From Candidatus Methanomethylicia archaeon (GTDB lineage Archaea > Thermoproteota > Methanomethylicia > Nezhaarchaeales > B40-G2): a DNA stretch of 64,000 nucleotides. The stretch lies in NCBI GenBank assembly GCA_029259155.1, contig JAPDJI010000014.1:1-64000 (forward strand), written 5' to 3'. Under the pieces are notes generated by a model, which saw only the letters and a program-made list of their open reading frames with translations, was not told where the DNA came from and made no database searches. Below are positions 1 to 9,157 of this stretch, in pieces; position 1 is the first letter of the stretch, and each line of letters opens with the position of its first letter. Position numbers and translations under genes: made by a program.

Positions 1-1
1 C

Positions 2-574
2 GCTAACTATGGTATCGGGCTGAAATTTGTGAACCCATGCTCTTAGATCTCTCGCTATCTCGGGTGTTGGGGAGTATATGTCGAACCATATAACGGCTAT
101 TGGGCCGTAATTTGTGAGTAGTTCCCGAAGCTGAGGTTTAACGTACTCCTCCAAGTATCTGGTGAAGTTCTTCTTGTTTGGATCATAATCCCAATCGTTG
201 CCAGCGCCGTCGGGATGATGCCAATCAAGCAGCTGTGAATAGTAGAATCCAAATTTCAATCCTTCTTTTCTGCAGGCTTCAGCTAGCTCCTTCATTGGAT
301 CGCGCTTGAAGGGTGTCGCATCGACAATATTGTAATCAGTTAGCTCTGTATGGAACATGCAGAAGCCGTCATGATGCTTCGCCGTTATAACGATATATTT
401 CATCCCAGCGTCCTTAGCAACTTTAACCCATTCTTCAGCATTAAACTTCACAGGATTGAAGTGTTTAGCGAGTTTTTCATATTCCTTAACGGGTATCCTT
501 GCGCGAAACTGGATCCACTCGCCTATTCCAGGAATCAGCTTTCCCTTCCACATTCCAGCGGGTATCGCATATAG
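2..574 (-). CDS. GH29 alpha-L-fucosidase catalytic-domain fragment; runs off the window edge and lacks its own N-terminus
   Basis: Manual translation, absent from the ORF track: LYAIPAGMWKG..GEWIQ..FNPVKFNAEEWVKVAKDAGMKYIVITAKHHDGFCMF..FGFYYS..DWHHP..QLRELLTNYG..IWFD, typical GH29 motifs. Confidence 0.85.
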
Positions 575-1156
575 AGGGTGGTAAGGCTCTCCGCTTACCA
601 GTTCTAGGTCGTCCAGCACCCATATTCCAGGATGTTCTGAGAGCTTCCTAATGAAACGCTTGATGAACCTTCTTTTCACATCATTCTCGGTGTAGGGGGG
701 CACTATGAGCTTCCTCTGGAACCTTGTAAGCCTATTAGGCCATTCTCGGAGCGAAGGGGTCATTAACACTACTAGGCCTCCTCCTCTTACGAGCTCCACA
801 AGCCTACCTAGGTCGTTGGGACGTAGCTGCTCCGTTAAATCCATAAATAGAAGGCTCCAAGTAGTTCCCAACACGCTATCGGTACTTTCATAGAGTATTG
901 GCTTGACTTCCACCTTATCTTTAACCCATGCCTTAAACAAGGCGTACGGTGTTTCTTCGCTTTCAAGCCTATCGGCGGTGAAGAGAACTCTTACTTTATC
1001 TCTCACCTCCTCGGCATAACTCGTAGCTACAAATGGTGCTAGCTTAACAGCGTTTCCTGCAAGCACTATCATTCTACGCTGCTCGCTGCTTGCAGCTTCC
1101 TTAACCACCTTCACTAAATCTTCTCTAGCCTCCTCGATGGTGCTGTAACGCTTCAC
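575..1156 (-). CDS. tmcA: N-terminal part of tRNA/rRNA cytidine acetyltransferase TmcA/Nat10, joined in frame to the GH29 fragment
   Basis: GTG start with GGAGGAG upstream; QRRMIVLAG..VLGTTWSLLFMDLTEQLRPNDLGRLVELVRGGGLVVLMTP..RFIKRF matches the TmcA N-terminal domain. Confidence 0.75.
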
Positions 1157-1183
1157 CCCCAACTCCTCCGGGGGAGTCGAAGC

Positions 1184-1468
1184 CTACTTGCTTTTGGTTA
1201 GCTTGTAGACGTTGACCTCATCCACGCTCCTTATGACAGCTCCATGGTCGTTTATTATCTTAGCGGCCTCGTCATAGTTTATGTCGGGCCCTCTAATGGT
1301 TATCTTTACCGTCTCGGTCCGAGCATCCACCTCTATGACAACCGTGTCTACCTCTTCTATTCCAGCTACTTCACATAGCGCCTTGGATAGCTCTATGAGC
1401 GGGGCTTCCCTAGGCTTTAAGGTATCCAGCACCAGTCTCCTAATGCTTATCTTAGACATACATACCAC
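1184..1468 (-). CDS. DUF211-family conserved archaeal protein
   Basis: IRRLVLDTLKP..IEVD..TETVKITIRG..GAVIRSVDEV pattern; usual neighbour of a VIT1-like gene. Confidence 0.8.
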   Translation of the reverse strand: MVCMSKISIRRLVLDTLKPREAPLIELSKALCEVAGIEEVDTVVIEVDARTETVKITIRGPDINYDEAAKIINDHGAVIRSVDEVNVYKLTKSK

Positions 1469-1472
1469 CTAC

Positions 1473-2078
1473 CTATAGCACCTGTATCAGTAGGAGGAGA
1501 CTTGCCGTAACTCCTCCTATAAGAAGAGCCTTAAACCCGCTTATAAGGACGCTCTCGCCTGACACCTTACCCATGTAGATCCCTAGAATGAAGAGCGTGG
1601 CTATCATTAAAGCTGCTGACCAAGCTACAGCCACGTTGAAGTTGAAGAAGCCCAGTGAAGCTAGCATGAAAGGAGCTGTGGCTACAGCTATCGCGGCTAT
1701 AGGTGATATTCCATTAACTATAGCTGCTAGCAGTGCAGCGAAGCTTGAAGCTCTCCCAAACGCTGTCTTCTCCAGGTCCGAGAATAGCGCTTTCTCCAAC
1801 ACCTTAAGTTCTCTGGTCCTCTCCGCTCTCTCCGCCATGTAGGCTCCAGAAAAACCTGAAACTGCCATGGCCACCCCTACGCCTAGCCCAACCTTAATCA
1901 CTACGCTTGGATCCCTTACTCCAGCTGCATAGGAACCTAGCACAACACCTAGCACGGCTAAGGAGCCGTCGAAGAGGTTCATCACGAAGTACCTTCTAGC
2001 TATCTCCTCGACCCCTGAAAGCTTAACGTAACGCTTGAACTCTCTCAGTACATGTATAATGCTGCTATGCCTACTCAA
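1473..2078 (-). CDS. VIT1/CCC1-family membrane transporter
   Basis: RRYFVMNLFDG..GAYMAERAE motif, about 5 TM segments. Confidence 0.8.
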   Translation of the reverse strand: MSRHSSIIHVLREFKRYVKLSGVEEIARRYFVMNLFDGSLAVLGVVLGSYAAGVRDPSVVIKVGLGVGVAMAVSGFSGAYMAERAERTRELKVLEKALFSDLEKTAFGRASSFAALLAAIVNGISPIAAIAVATAPFMLASLGFFNFNVAVAWSAALMIATLFILGIYMGKVSGESVLISGFKALLIGGVTASLLLLIQVL

Positions 2079-2143
2079 CCTCTCCTATATCCTCCGCGTG
2101 TTCTACGCCTAACAAATCTATAAAGGTTCAGCTGCTAGTTTTT

Positions 2144-2830
2144 TTGAGGCTTATGATATCGATCATCGCGGACTATAGAGAGGAGACCAGTGAGGTCGTG
2201 TATAGGTTAGCGGAATTAGGCGTAGAGGTGAAGCTCAGAAGACTTGAGGTAGGTGACTATGTAGTATCAGATAGGATGGGGGTGGAGAGGAAGACCGCGA
2301 TGGACTTTGCTAGCTCCATAGCTGATCGAAGGCTCTTCGAGCAGGCTAACGCCATGGTTAAAACCTTCTCCATACCAGTCTTCATCGTTGAAGGGGACTT
2401 AGGAGAGATATACCTTAAACGTAGGTTTACACCTTCTCAGGTGCAGGGAGCTATAGCCTACCTCATAGACCTCGGAGTTCATGTAGCACCCTCCACTAAT
2501 CCATCCGACACCGCTCAGCTAATCTACTCTTTAGCGAAGAGGGAGCAGCGTGCTTATGGTAGACCTGTTCAGGTCTCCCTTTCAAAGATGAGGAGAGCTA
2601 GAGGAGGAAAAAGCTTGAAGGAAGCTCAGCTCAACCTAATAGCTTCTATACCGGGGATAGGGTACGAGCTAGCCGAGCGTATCTTGAGGACCTTCGGCTC
2701 TCCTAGGCGCTTCTTTAAGGCAAGCCCTTTAGAGCTTAGAAGAGTGCCTGGCATGGGTGAAGGCAGGATAAATAAGGTAGCGGAGGTGCTCGACACTAAG
2801 TTCGAGGCCATGGAGTTTTTAGGTGATTGA
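2144..2830 (+). CDS. xpf: Short (helicase-less) XPF/ERCC4 structure-specific endonuclease
   Basis: ADYRE, VGDY, ERKT..DF nuclease motifs and C-terminal HhH2 (IPGIG, VPGMG). Confidence 0.9.
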   Translation: MRLMISIIADYREETSEVVYRLAELGVEVKLRRLEVGDYVVSDRMGVERKTAMDFASSIADRRLFEQANAMVKTFSIPVFIVEGDLGEIYLKRRFTPSQVQGAIAYLIDLGVHVAPSTNPSDTAQLIYSLAKREQRAYGRPVQVSLSKMRRARGGKSLKEAQLNLIASIPGIGYELAERILRTFGSPRRFFKASPLELRRVPGMGEGRINKVAEVLDTKFEAMEFLGD

Positions 2831-3298
2831 CGCGTTATCTATGATAGCTGCCGCCTGCTCTATGAGCCTCCTAATGGTTGGGATAAGATCCTCATCCCCC
2901 CTGACCCCATTAAGGTAACACTTATAGCATTTTAATCGCTCGCTTATCCCTTTAAGCGTGGCTGCAGGCTTTGAGGTGTAACCTTCACCCAGTTTTGACA
3001 GCTTCTCTACGTGTCCTAGCACATCCCTAAGCTCCTCTACTTCCCTTTCCTTGAGCTTCACCAAGTTCTTCAGGGATTCAACCTCTCTATCCTTTTCCAT
3101 GAGCTTAGTCCTAAGCTCGTTAAGGTTTTCCTCTAACTTCTCTAGGTTCACCCCCTCGTCTCTCCTTGTAAGGTATAAAGTGAGAGCTTCCCGTATTATC
3201 CAGGAAACCGAGGTACCTTTCTTTCTAGCTTCCTCTACTACAGTTCTATATAACTCAGGGGAAACGTGGCAACCTAGGAACTCTCCTTTATCCACCAA
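2819..3298 (-). CDS. Ribbon-helix-helix protein with coiled coil
   Basis: N-terminal VSPELY..EEARKKGTSVSWIIREAL RHH pattern followed by an E/K/L heptad region. Confidence 0.6.
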   Translation of the reverse strand: MVDKGEFLGCHVSPELYRTVVEEARKKGTSVSWIIREALTLYLTRRDEGVNLEKLEENLNELRTKLMEKDREVESLKNLVKLKEREVEELRDVLGHVEKLSKLGEGYTSKPAATLKGISERLKCYKCYLNGVRGDEDLIPTIRRLIEQAAAIIDNASIT

Positions 3299-3437
3299 CC
3301 CTTCTCCTCCTCAACGAATACCTAAGCCTAAGTATTTTCTAATCGGCACAGTAGAGCTCTACAGTTTTCAATATTTTAAAGCCTATCGGGTACTGGATGT
3401 TCAACAACCGTCTACAACCTTCCGCTAAGTTAATACG

Positions 3438-4091
3438 TTGCCTTGGGCCTTTAGGTTCCGTGGATTAGAGATGCCATACCCCTTCACGTTCGACCTTTCT
3501 AATCTCTCAAGGCCCTTCCTTGAGGAACTCAAACGATTGGCTAGGAAGCTTTCTCGTCCAGAGGTATTGATTAAGGCTGCCAAGAGTATGGTTAGAAAAT
3601 TCAGGATCGACCAGAAGCTAGGTATAAAACCTAGTGAAGCTGAGAGAGTGGTAAGCGATCTTCTCCATCTTTACTCGGTTAATGAACGTCTACGCGACTC
3701 CTTCCACCTCTCCAAACATAGGGTGCTTGTCCTCCCCCACTGCGCTAGGAAGTACATGGATAACCGTTGTAAGGCTCTCTTCGACCCATCCATACCAACC
3801 TACATCTGCGCAGGCTGCTCGGAGGATTGTTTAATAAACGCGGCTTGCTCCTTAGCTAAAGCTTTAGGGTACGATGTTTACGTTGTTCCAGGCGGCTCCT
3901 GCCTAAGGAAGCTTCTCTCGAGGGGGTACGATGGAGTAGTAGGGGTAGCTTGCCCTGAAGAAGTAGTCAGAGCTGAGAGCTTATTAGCTGAGCTGGGTAT
4001 TGCCGGCCAAGCTGTACCGCTTTTACGCAATGGTTGTGCTAACACTTGTTTTAGCTTAGATCTTTTAAAGGAGATCCTAGCTATTCCCTAA
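3438..4091 (+). CDS. DUF116-family Cys-rich protein
   Basis: LPHC..C..CAGC..C, VVPGGS, VGVAC, PLLRNGC motifs. Confidence 0.8.
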   Translation: MPWAFRFRGLEMPYPFTFDLSNLSRPFLEELKRLARKLSRPEVLIKAAKSMVRKFRIDQKLGIKPSEAERVVSDLLHLYSVNERLRDSFHLSKHRVLVLPHCARKYMDNRCKALFDPSIPTYICAGCSEDCLINAACSLAKALGYDVYVVPGGSCLRKLLSRGYDGVVGVACPEEVVRAESLLAELGIAGQAVPLLRNGCANTCFSLDLLKEILAIP

Positions 4092-4338
4092 ACTTTACGT
4101 TCACCTCGAGCAGAACACCCATAGCCTTAGCCATGTTTTGAAGCCTTATTACCTCCTCCTTAAACCTAGCGAGCTCGCTTAAACCTTCCTGAAGGCCTAA
4201 TAGGAAATCTTTATGTTCTTCGACTTGGTAAACCTTTAATGCCTCTCCAATAGCCTCAGCAGCCTCCTTGAGCCTAGCTAGGTCGAAACGTTCAGCCATC
4301 ATCTTAGCGGCTTCATATCCATCCTCAAAGGTTAACAT
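4081..4338 (-). CDS. Hypothetical helical protein
   Basis: 85-aa ORF with host-like codon use filling an intergenic gap. Confidence 0.55.
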   Translation of the reverse strand: MLTFEDGYEAAKMMAERFDLARLKEAAEAIGEALKVYQVEEHKDFLLGLQEGLSELARFKEEVIRLQNMAKAMGVLLEVNVKFRE

Positions 4339-4476
4339 CCTAAGCCCCCATCATCCAATTGGTGTTACCACTTAAAAGACATTATGCGCCGCTTACATAG
4401 CGGCCTCAAAAAACCTTTTAACTCGGTTAGCGCTAACCGCTCTAGGAAAACTTTCATGGTCTATGGGGGCTCTCCG

Positions 4477-6561
4477 ATGTATCCCCTAATAGCTCTGGTG
4501 GCTTCAATAATAGCTCTCCTAGGTGCGGCGGGAGCTGCGTTTATGGTGTTAGCTAAGCCTAAAGGGACCGAAAGGATGGTGGAGATCTACGAAGCCATCA
4601 AACAGGGAGCTAAGGCTTACATGGGTAGGCAGTACAAGACCCTGCTCACCTTCATGATAATACTTTCGGTCATCTTCGCCTTGGCCGTAGACTACGGCTA
4701 TTTCGTGTCGGGCCGTGAAGGCTATGAGATCTACTTCCCTCATACGGGGCTCTCCTTCCTCGTAGGTGCTATATTTTCTGCCCTAGCTGGCTACGTGGGC
4801 ATGAGGGTAGCCGTGGAGGGAAACGTGAGGACTGCTAACTCGGCCAAGAGTGGCTTAAAGGAAGCTTTAGGCACTTCATTTAAGGGCGGCTTGGTAATGG
4901 GCTTATGCATGGTAGGCTTGGCGCTCTTAGGCGTCACCGTCTTCTATCTAGCTTGGAGAAACCCATTCCTCTTTGCTGGCTTTGGCTTTGGAGGAAGTCT
5001 CGTAGCCCTCTTCGCTAGGATAGGTGGAGGTATTTACACGAAGTCGGCTGACGTAGGAGCCGACCTAGTAGGTAAGGTTGAAGCAGGGATACCTGAAGAT
5101 GATCCGCGTAACCCAGCAGTGATAGCAGACGCGGTGGGCGATAACGTAGGTGACGTGGCTGGTATGGCGGCCGATATCTTTGAGACCTACGCGGTCACGT
5201 TGATAGGAGCCATGCTTTTAGGATGGCCATTATTCAAGCAGACAGGGTCAACGGTATTTCTTGAATATCCGCTACTGCTAGGTGCTATAGCGATTTTCTC
5301 CACGCTGGTGGGTGCCCTCGTGGTTAGGGTGCGTGAAGGAGGAGACCCTACTAGCGCTATTTTAAGGGGGATAGCGGTCACAGCTATTTTAGCTATTGCC
5401 GGCTTCTACTATGCGACCTGGCAGCTTTTCAATTCGCTTAACTTGTTTTACGCCGCTATGATAGGCGTAGTGCTCGTCGTCATACTAGCCATCTTCACCA
5501 ACTACTACACTTCATACAAGTACTCTCCTACTAAGGCCATAGCTGAGGCTTCCCAGGCAGGTCCAGCCATCAACTTGATAAGAGGATTAGCTAATGGTTT
5601 GGAGAGTGCGATCTTTCCGATAATTGCCATAGCTTTGAGCGTTGTAGGTGCCTACATGCTGGCTGGAGGCATGTATGGAGACGTGGGAATGGGTATGTAT
5701 GGTGTAGCCATAGCAGCCATGGCCATGCTCTCCATAGCTGGAATAATAGTGTCGGTGGATGCCTATGGCCCCATCGTCGACAACGCTGGCGGAATAGCTG
5801 AGATGGCTGAATTAGACCCTAAAGTTAGGGACATAACCGATACGTTGGATGCAGTAGGTAACACAACTAAAGCTCTCACTAAGGTTTTCGCTATAGGCTC
5901 TGCTGGCTTGGCAGCCTTGGCCTTGCTACTAGCCTACATGGAGGAAGTAGCTACCTACCGAGGTGTTATGCTCTCAGAGCTAGCTTCAAGGCTTGCACTA
6001 ACCAGGCCTGATGTAATCTTAGGGTTAATCCTAGGAGGCGGCCTCACATTTGTGTTTGCCGCTTTATGTATGAAGGCGGTGGGGAGAGGAGCGTTTGGCA
6101 TGGTAACAGAGGTTAGAAGACAGTTTAAAGAAATACCTGGCATCATGGAGGGAAAGAGTAAACCTGACTATGCGAGGTGTGTGGACATAGCTACTAGGAC
6201 TGCCCTACGCGGAATGGCCTTGCCCGGCGCCATAGTCATCCTAAGCCCCATCGTAGTGGGCTTCCTCTTCGGCCCATACGCTTTAGCGGGCCTCCTCATA
6301 GGCAGTATCGTGTCTGGCTTAGCGTTAGCCTTAATGATGGCGAACGGAGGAGCTGCTTGGGATAATGCTAAGAAGTACATCGAGACAGGCACGTTTGGAG
6401 GTAAACGTTCACCTGCACATGCAGCAGCTGTAGTAGGCGACACAGTGGGTGATCCCTGTAAGGACACGGCGGGGCCGGCTATCAACCCTATGATAAAGGC
6501 CATAAACATGATATCTATAATCCTCGCTGGCCTCATAGTAGCCACTGTCTTCTTTGCCTAG
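4477..6561 (+). CDS. hppA: Membrane-bound proton-translocating pyrophosphatase, K+-independent type
   Basis: GGGIYTKSADVGADLVGKVEAGIPEDDPRN, DNVGD, GNTTKA, GDTVGDPCKD; start moved from 4384 to ATG 4477. Confidence 0.95.
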   Translation: MYPLIALVASIIALLGAAGAAFMVLAKPKGTERMVEIYEAIKQGAKAYMGRQYKTLLTFMIILSVIFALAVDYGYFVSGREGYEIYFPHTGLSFLVGAIFSALAGYVGMRVAVEGNVRTANSAKSGLKEALGTSFKGGLVMGLCMVGLALLGVTVFYLAWRNPFLFAGFGFGGSLVALFARIGGGIYTKSADVGADLVGKVEAGIPEDDPRNPAVIADAVGDNVGDVAGMAADIFETYAVTLIGAMLLGWPLFKQTGSTVFLEYPLLLGAIAIFSTLVGALVVRVREGGDPTSAILRGIAVTAILAIAGFYYATWQLFNSLNLFYAAMIGVVLVVILAIFTNYYTSYKYSPTKAIAEASQAGPAINLIRGLANGLESAIFPIIAIALSVVGAYMLAGGMYGDVGMGMYGVAIAAMAMLSIAGIIVSVDAYGPIVDNAGGIAEMAELDPKVRDITDTLDAVGNTTKALTKVFAIGSAGLAALALLLAYMEEVATYRGVMLSELASRLALTRPDVILGLILGGGLTFVFAALCMKAVGRGAFGMVTEVRRQFKEIPGIMEGKSKPDYARCVDIATRTALRGMALPGAIVILSPIVVGFLFGPYALAGLLIGSIVSGLALALMMANGGAAWDNAKKYIETGTFGGKRSPAHAAAVVGDTVGDPCKDTAGPAINPMIKAINMISIILAGLIVATVFFA

Positions 6562-6605
6562 CCTTTTTCTACCAGTTACCAAAGCTTTAGCTAGGTAGGC
6601 CGAAT

Positions 6606-8219
6606 ATGCCTGAGCCTCGACATAGGCATTGGATGGACGAGTTCGTCGATCAGATACTAGCTAGAAGCTATGAACATGTAGTCGAGAGTGGTACCTCCAT
6701 ATCTGGCCCTGCTCATATAGGTAATGCCTGTGATGTTATCTATGCTGAGGCCGTCAAACGCCTCGTCGAGGAGAGAGGAGGCAAGGCGACGTCGATATGG
6801 GTGGCCGACGATCTAGATCCTCTCGACTCGGTCCCCTACCCTTTGGATCTTGAAGAGTTTAAACGGTACTTAGGTATGCCCTACACGGAGATCCCAGATC
6901 CATATCGCTGTTGTAGTAATTGGGCTGAACACTTCACTAAGGATTTTGTGGATGTCCTAGAGAAGCTGGGCCTAACTCCTCAAGTGAAATCTGGCGCTAA
7001 AATGTATAGAGATGGGACATACCTTCCGTTTATTAGAAAAGCTCTAAGTCGAGCTGAGAAGGTTAGAAAAATCTTCGAGGAGGTTAGCGGTGCTAAGAAA
7101 CCTCCTACCTGGCTTCCTTACATGCCTATTTGCGATAACTGTGGCCGCATAGCGACGACGCTCGCTTACAGCTACGAAGGGGATAAGGTCCTTTATCGAT
7201 GCGTTCTTGATGTAAAGTATGTCAAGGGATGCGGCTATGAAGGCGAAGTGGACATTAAGGCCGGGAGGGGGAAGCTTCAATGGCGAGTAGAGTGGGCAGC
7301 TAGATGGGCTGCTTTCAACGTCACGGTGGAGCCGTTTGGTAAGGAACATGCAGCTGCCGGGGGATCTTACGATACCAGCAAAGTGATAATTAAGGAGGTT
7401 TTTGAAAGCCCTCCTCCTACACCGTTGGTGTACGAGCACGTGATGATAGCGGGGAGGAAGATGTCGAAATCTAAAGGACTGGTCTTCACCCCTCGCGACT
7501 GGCTTGAAGTAGCCCCCCCTGAAACTTTAAAGTTCTTCTTCTTCAGGGTCCATCCAACTAAACATAAGGACTTCAGGGTGGAAAACCTACCTAGGCTTGT
7601 CGAGGAGTATGATAGGGCTGAGCGTATCTACTTTGATCTAGAACATCCTCCTGATGAGAAGAGCGAAGTACTATTGAAGCGAAGCTACGTGTTGTCTCAA
7701 CGTGGGAAGCCTCCGTCCACTATGCCTCTTCAGTTACCATACGACTTCGCTGCAGCTCTACTACAAATATACCCGTCTCTCACGGTGGATAAGGTCTTAG
7801 AGATCATGGAGAGGACAGGCCACTTATCCAGGAAACCGACGATGGAGGACATTAAACGCTTAGAGGAAAGGCTGGCTCAAGTTAGGACCTGGCTCTCTAA
7901 ATACGCACCTCCTTCGGCTAAGTTTATGTTGGTGGAGGATGCCTCCAAGATTCAGACTGAACTTACACCTCTCCAGAGAGAAGCTCTGAAGAGGGCGGCT
8001 GAGGAACTTGTGAGTAGAGAGTTTTGGGGTCCTAGAGAACTCAATGAACGTTTCTTTTCGATAGCTAGAGAGCTTGGACTTAAGCCTCCTGAATTCTTCG
8101 AGGCTGCTTACCTAGCTTTAACGGGTAGAAGAGCTGGTCCTTGGCTAGCTAACTTTGCTTTAGCTATAGGACTAGAGGTGGTAGCTAGGAGGTTTAAGGA
8201 AGCAGCAGGCATGGAATAA
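6606..8219 (+). CDS. lysS: Class I lysyl-tRNA synthetase
   Basis: HIGN and KMSKS motifs, GKLQWRVEWAARW, EPFGKEH. Confidence 0.95.
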   Translation: MPEPRHRHWMDEFVDQILARSYEHVVESGTSISGPAHIGNACDVIYAEAVKRLVEERGGKATSIWVADDLDPLDSVPYPLDLEEFKRYLGMPYTEIPDPYRCCSNWAEHFTKDFVDVLEKLGLTPQVKSGAKMYRDGTYLPFIRKALSRAEKVRKIFEEVSGAKKPPTWLPYMPICDNCGRIATTLAYSYEGDKVLYRCVLDVKYVKGCGYEGEVDIKAGRGKLQWRVEWAARWAAFNVTVEPFGKEHAAAGGSYDTSKVIIKEVFESPPPTPLVYEHVMIAGRKMSKSKGLVFTPRDWLEVAPPETLKFFFFRVHPTKHKDFRVENLPRLVEEYDRAERIYFDLEHPPDEKSEVLLKRSYVLSQRGKPPSTMPLQLPYDFAAALLQIYPSLTVDKVLEIMERTGHLSRKPTMEDIKRLEERLAQVRTWLSKYAPPSAKFMLVEDASKIQTELTPLQREALKRAAEELVSREFWGPRELNERFFSIARELGLKPPEFFEAAYLALTGRRAGPWLANFALAIGLEVVARRFKEAAGME

Positions 8220-8231
8220 AAAGGGCTATCT

Positions 8232-8639
8232 TTACATCTTGAGCCCTAACGCAAGATAGCTATTAAGGGCTCTTAAGAGGTCCTTCTCCGTCACTATCCC
8301 TACCGCTTTACTGTCCTCGACTACTAAGAGCCTTCTAATGTTTTTTTCAGCCATTATCCTGCTAGCATCCACTATATATGTATCAGCCTTCACCGTTACG
8401 AGGGGGCTGCTCATAACCTCCTTTACCTTTGTCGTAGCGGGATCTAAGCCCTTAACCACCACCCTCTTTAATATGTCTCTTTCTGTCATTATTCCTACGG
8501 GTTTCTCCCCCTCCATCACTATAACGGATCCTATGCCTTTCTCGAGCATGAGGTTAGCGGCATCCTTCACTGAAGCAGAGGCATCAACGCTTACTATAGT
8601 CGGTGTCATGACCTCCCTAACCATTACAGGTAGTTTCAT
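8232..8639 (-). CDS. Tandem CBS-domain protein
   Basis: VREVMT..GIMTERD and VKEVMS..GIVTEKD repeats. Confidence 0.9.
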   Translation of the reverse strand: MKLPVMVREVMTPTIVSVDASASVKDAANLMLEKGIGSVIVMEGEKPVGIMTERDILKRVVVKGLDPATTKVKEVMSSPLVTVKADTYIVDASRIMAEKNIRRLLVVEDSKAVGIVTEKDLLRALNSYLALGLKM

Positions 8640-8878
8640 AGTCTCCCCTCCATTAACTTAGAGCTAAGCTCCAACCCCCCTATGCTTTACGATATTTTAA
8701 GCTTACTAGATAAATTGCCATTATGGGACTTCTAAGGTTAAGTAATTTTTTCTATGTACGAGCTAATCATGCCAACATAACAGCTATGATATATCATGAA
8801 GTCGATTTTATGGATAAGCCGCACAAGGGTTAAGATAGCTGGACTGGCTTGGCGCTTGGGGTATAGTTAGGCTTGGAC

Positions 8879-9157
8879 TCAGCTCTCAGAAGTTTCCTCA
8901 CCGCTCCATGGAGCAGACGTAGTTAGAAGTATTGACAACACGAGCATCACAAGGAAAGCTATGATTGCTGGACTACCTCCTCCTTGCATCGTCCAGTAAA
9001 ATGCTATCAAGGTTAACAGCCATGAGGTAAATAAAGAGGCTGCAGCAGCCAAGACACGTAGCAAGTCTAACCCCCCATCGAGGCATAGTGTTTTCAGCTT
9101 ATTAGCTCTACATGGCAGTTGGGTAAGCCTCCTCTGACTTAACCCTTGAATAACCAC
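8879..9157 (-). CDS. Small two-TM membrane protein (true start probably downstream)
   Basis: Two hydrophobic helices, directly downstream of rad50. Confidence 0.4.
   Translation of the reverse strand: MVIQGLSQRRLTQLPCRANKLKTLCLDGGLDLLRVLAAAASLFTSWLLTLIAFYWTMQGGGSPAIIAFLVMLVLSILLTTSAPWSGEETSES

Noticed and set aside
350-893. Plus-strand ORFs 350..574 and 705..893
   Set aside because: Antisense shadows of the minus-strand GH29/TmcA frame
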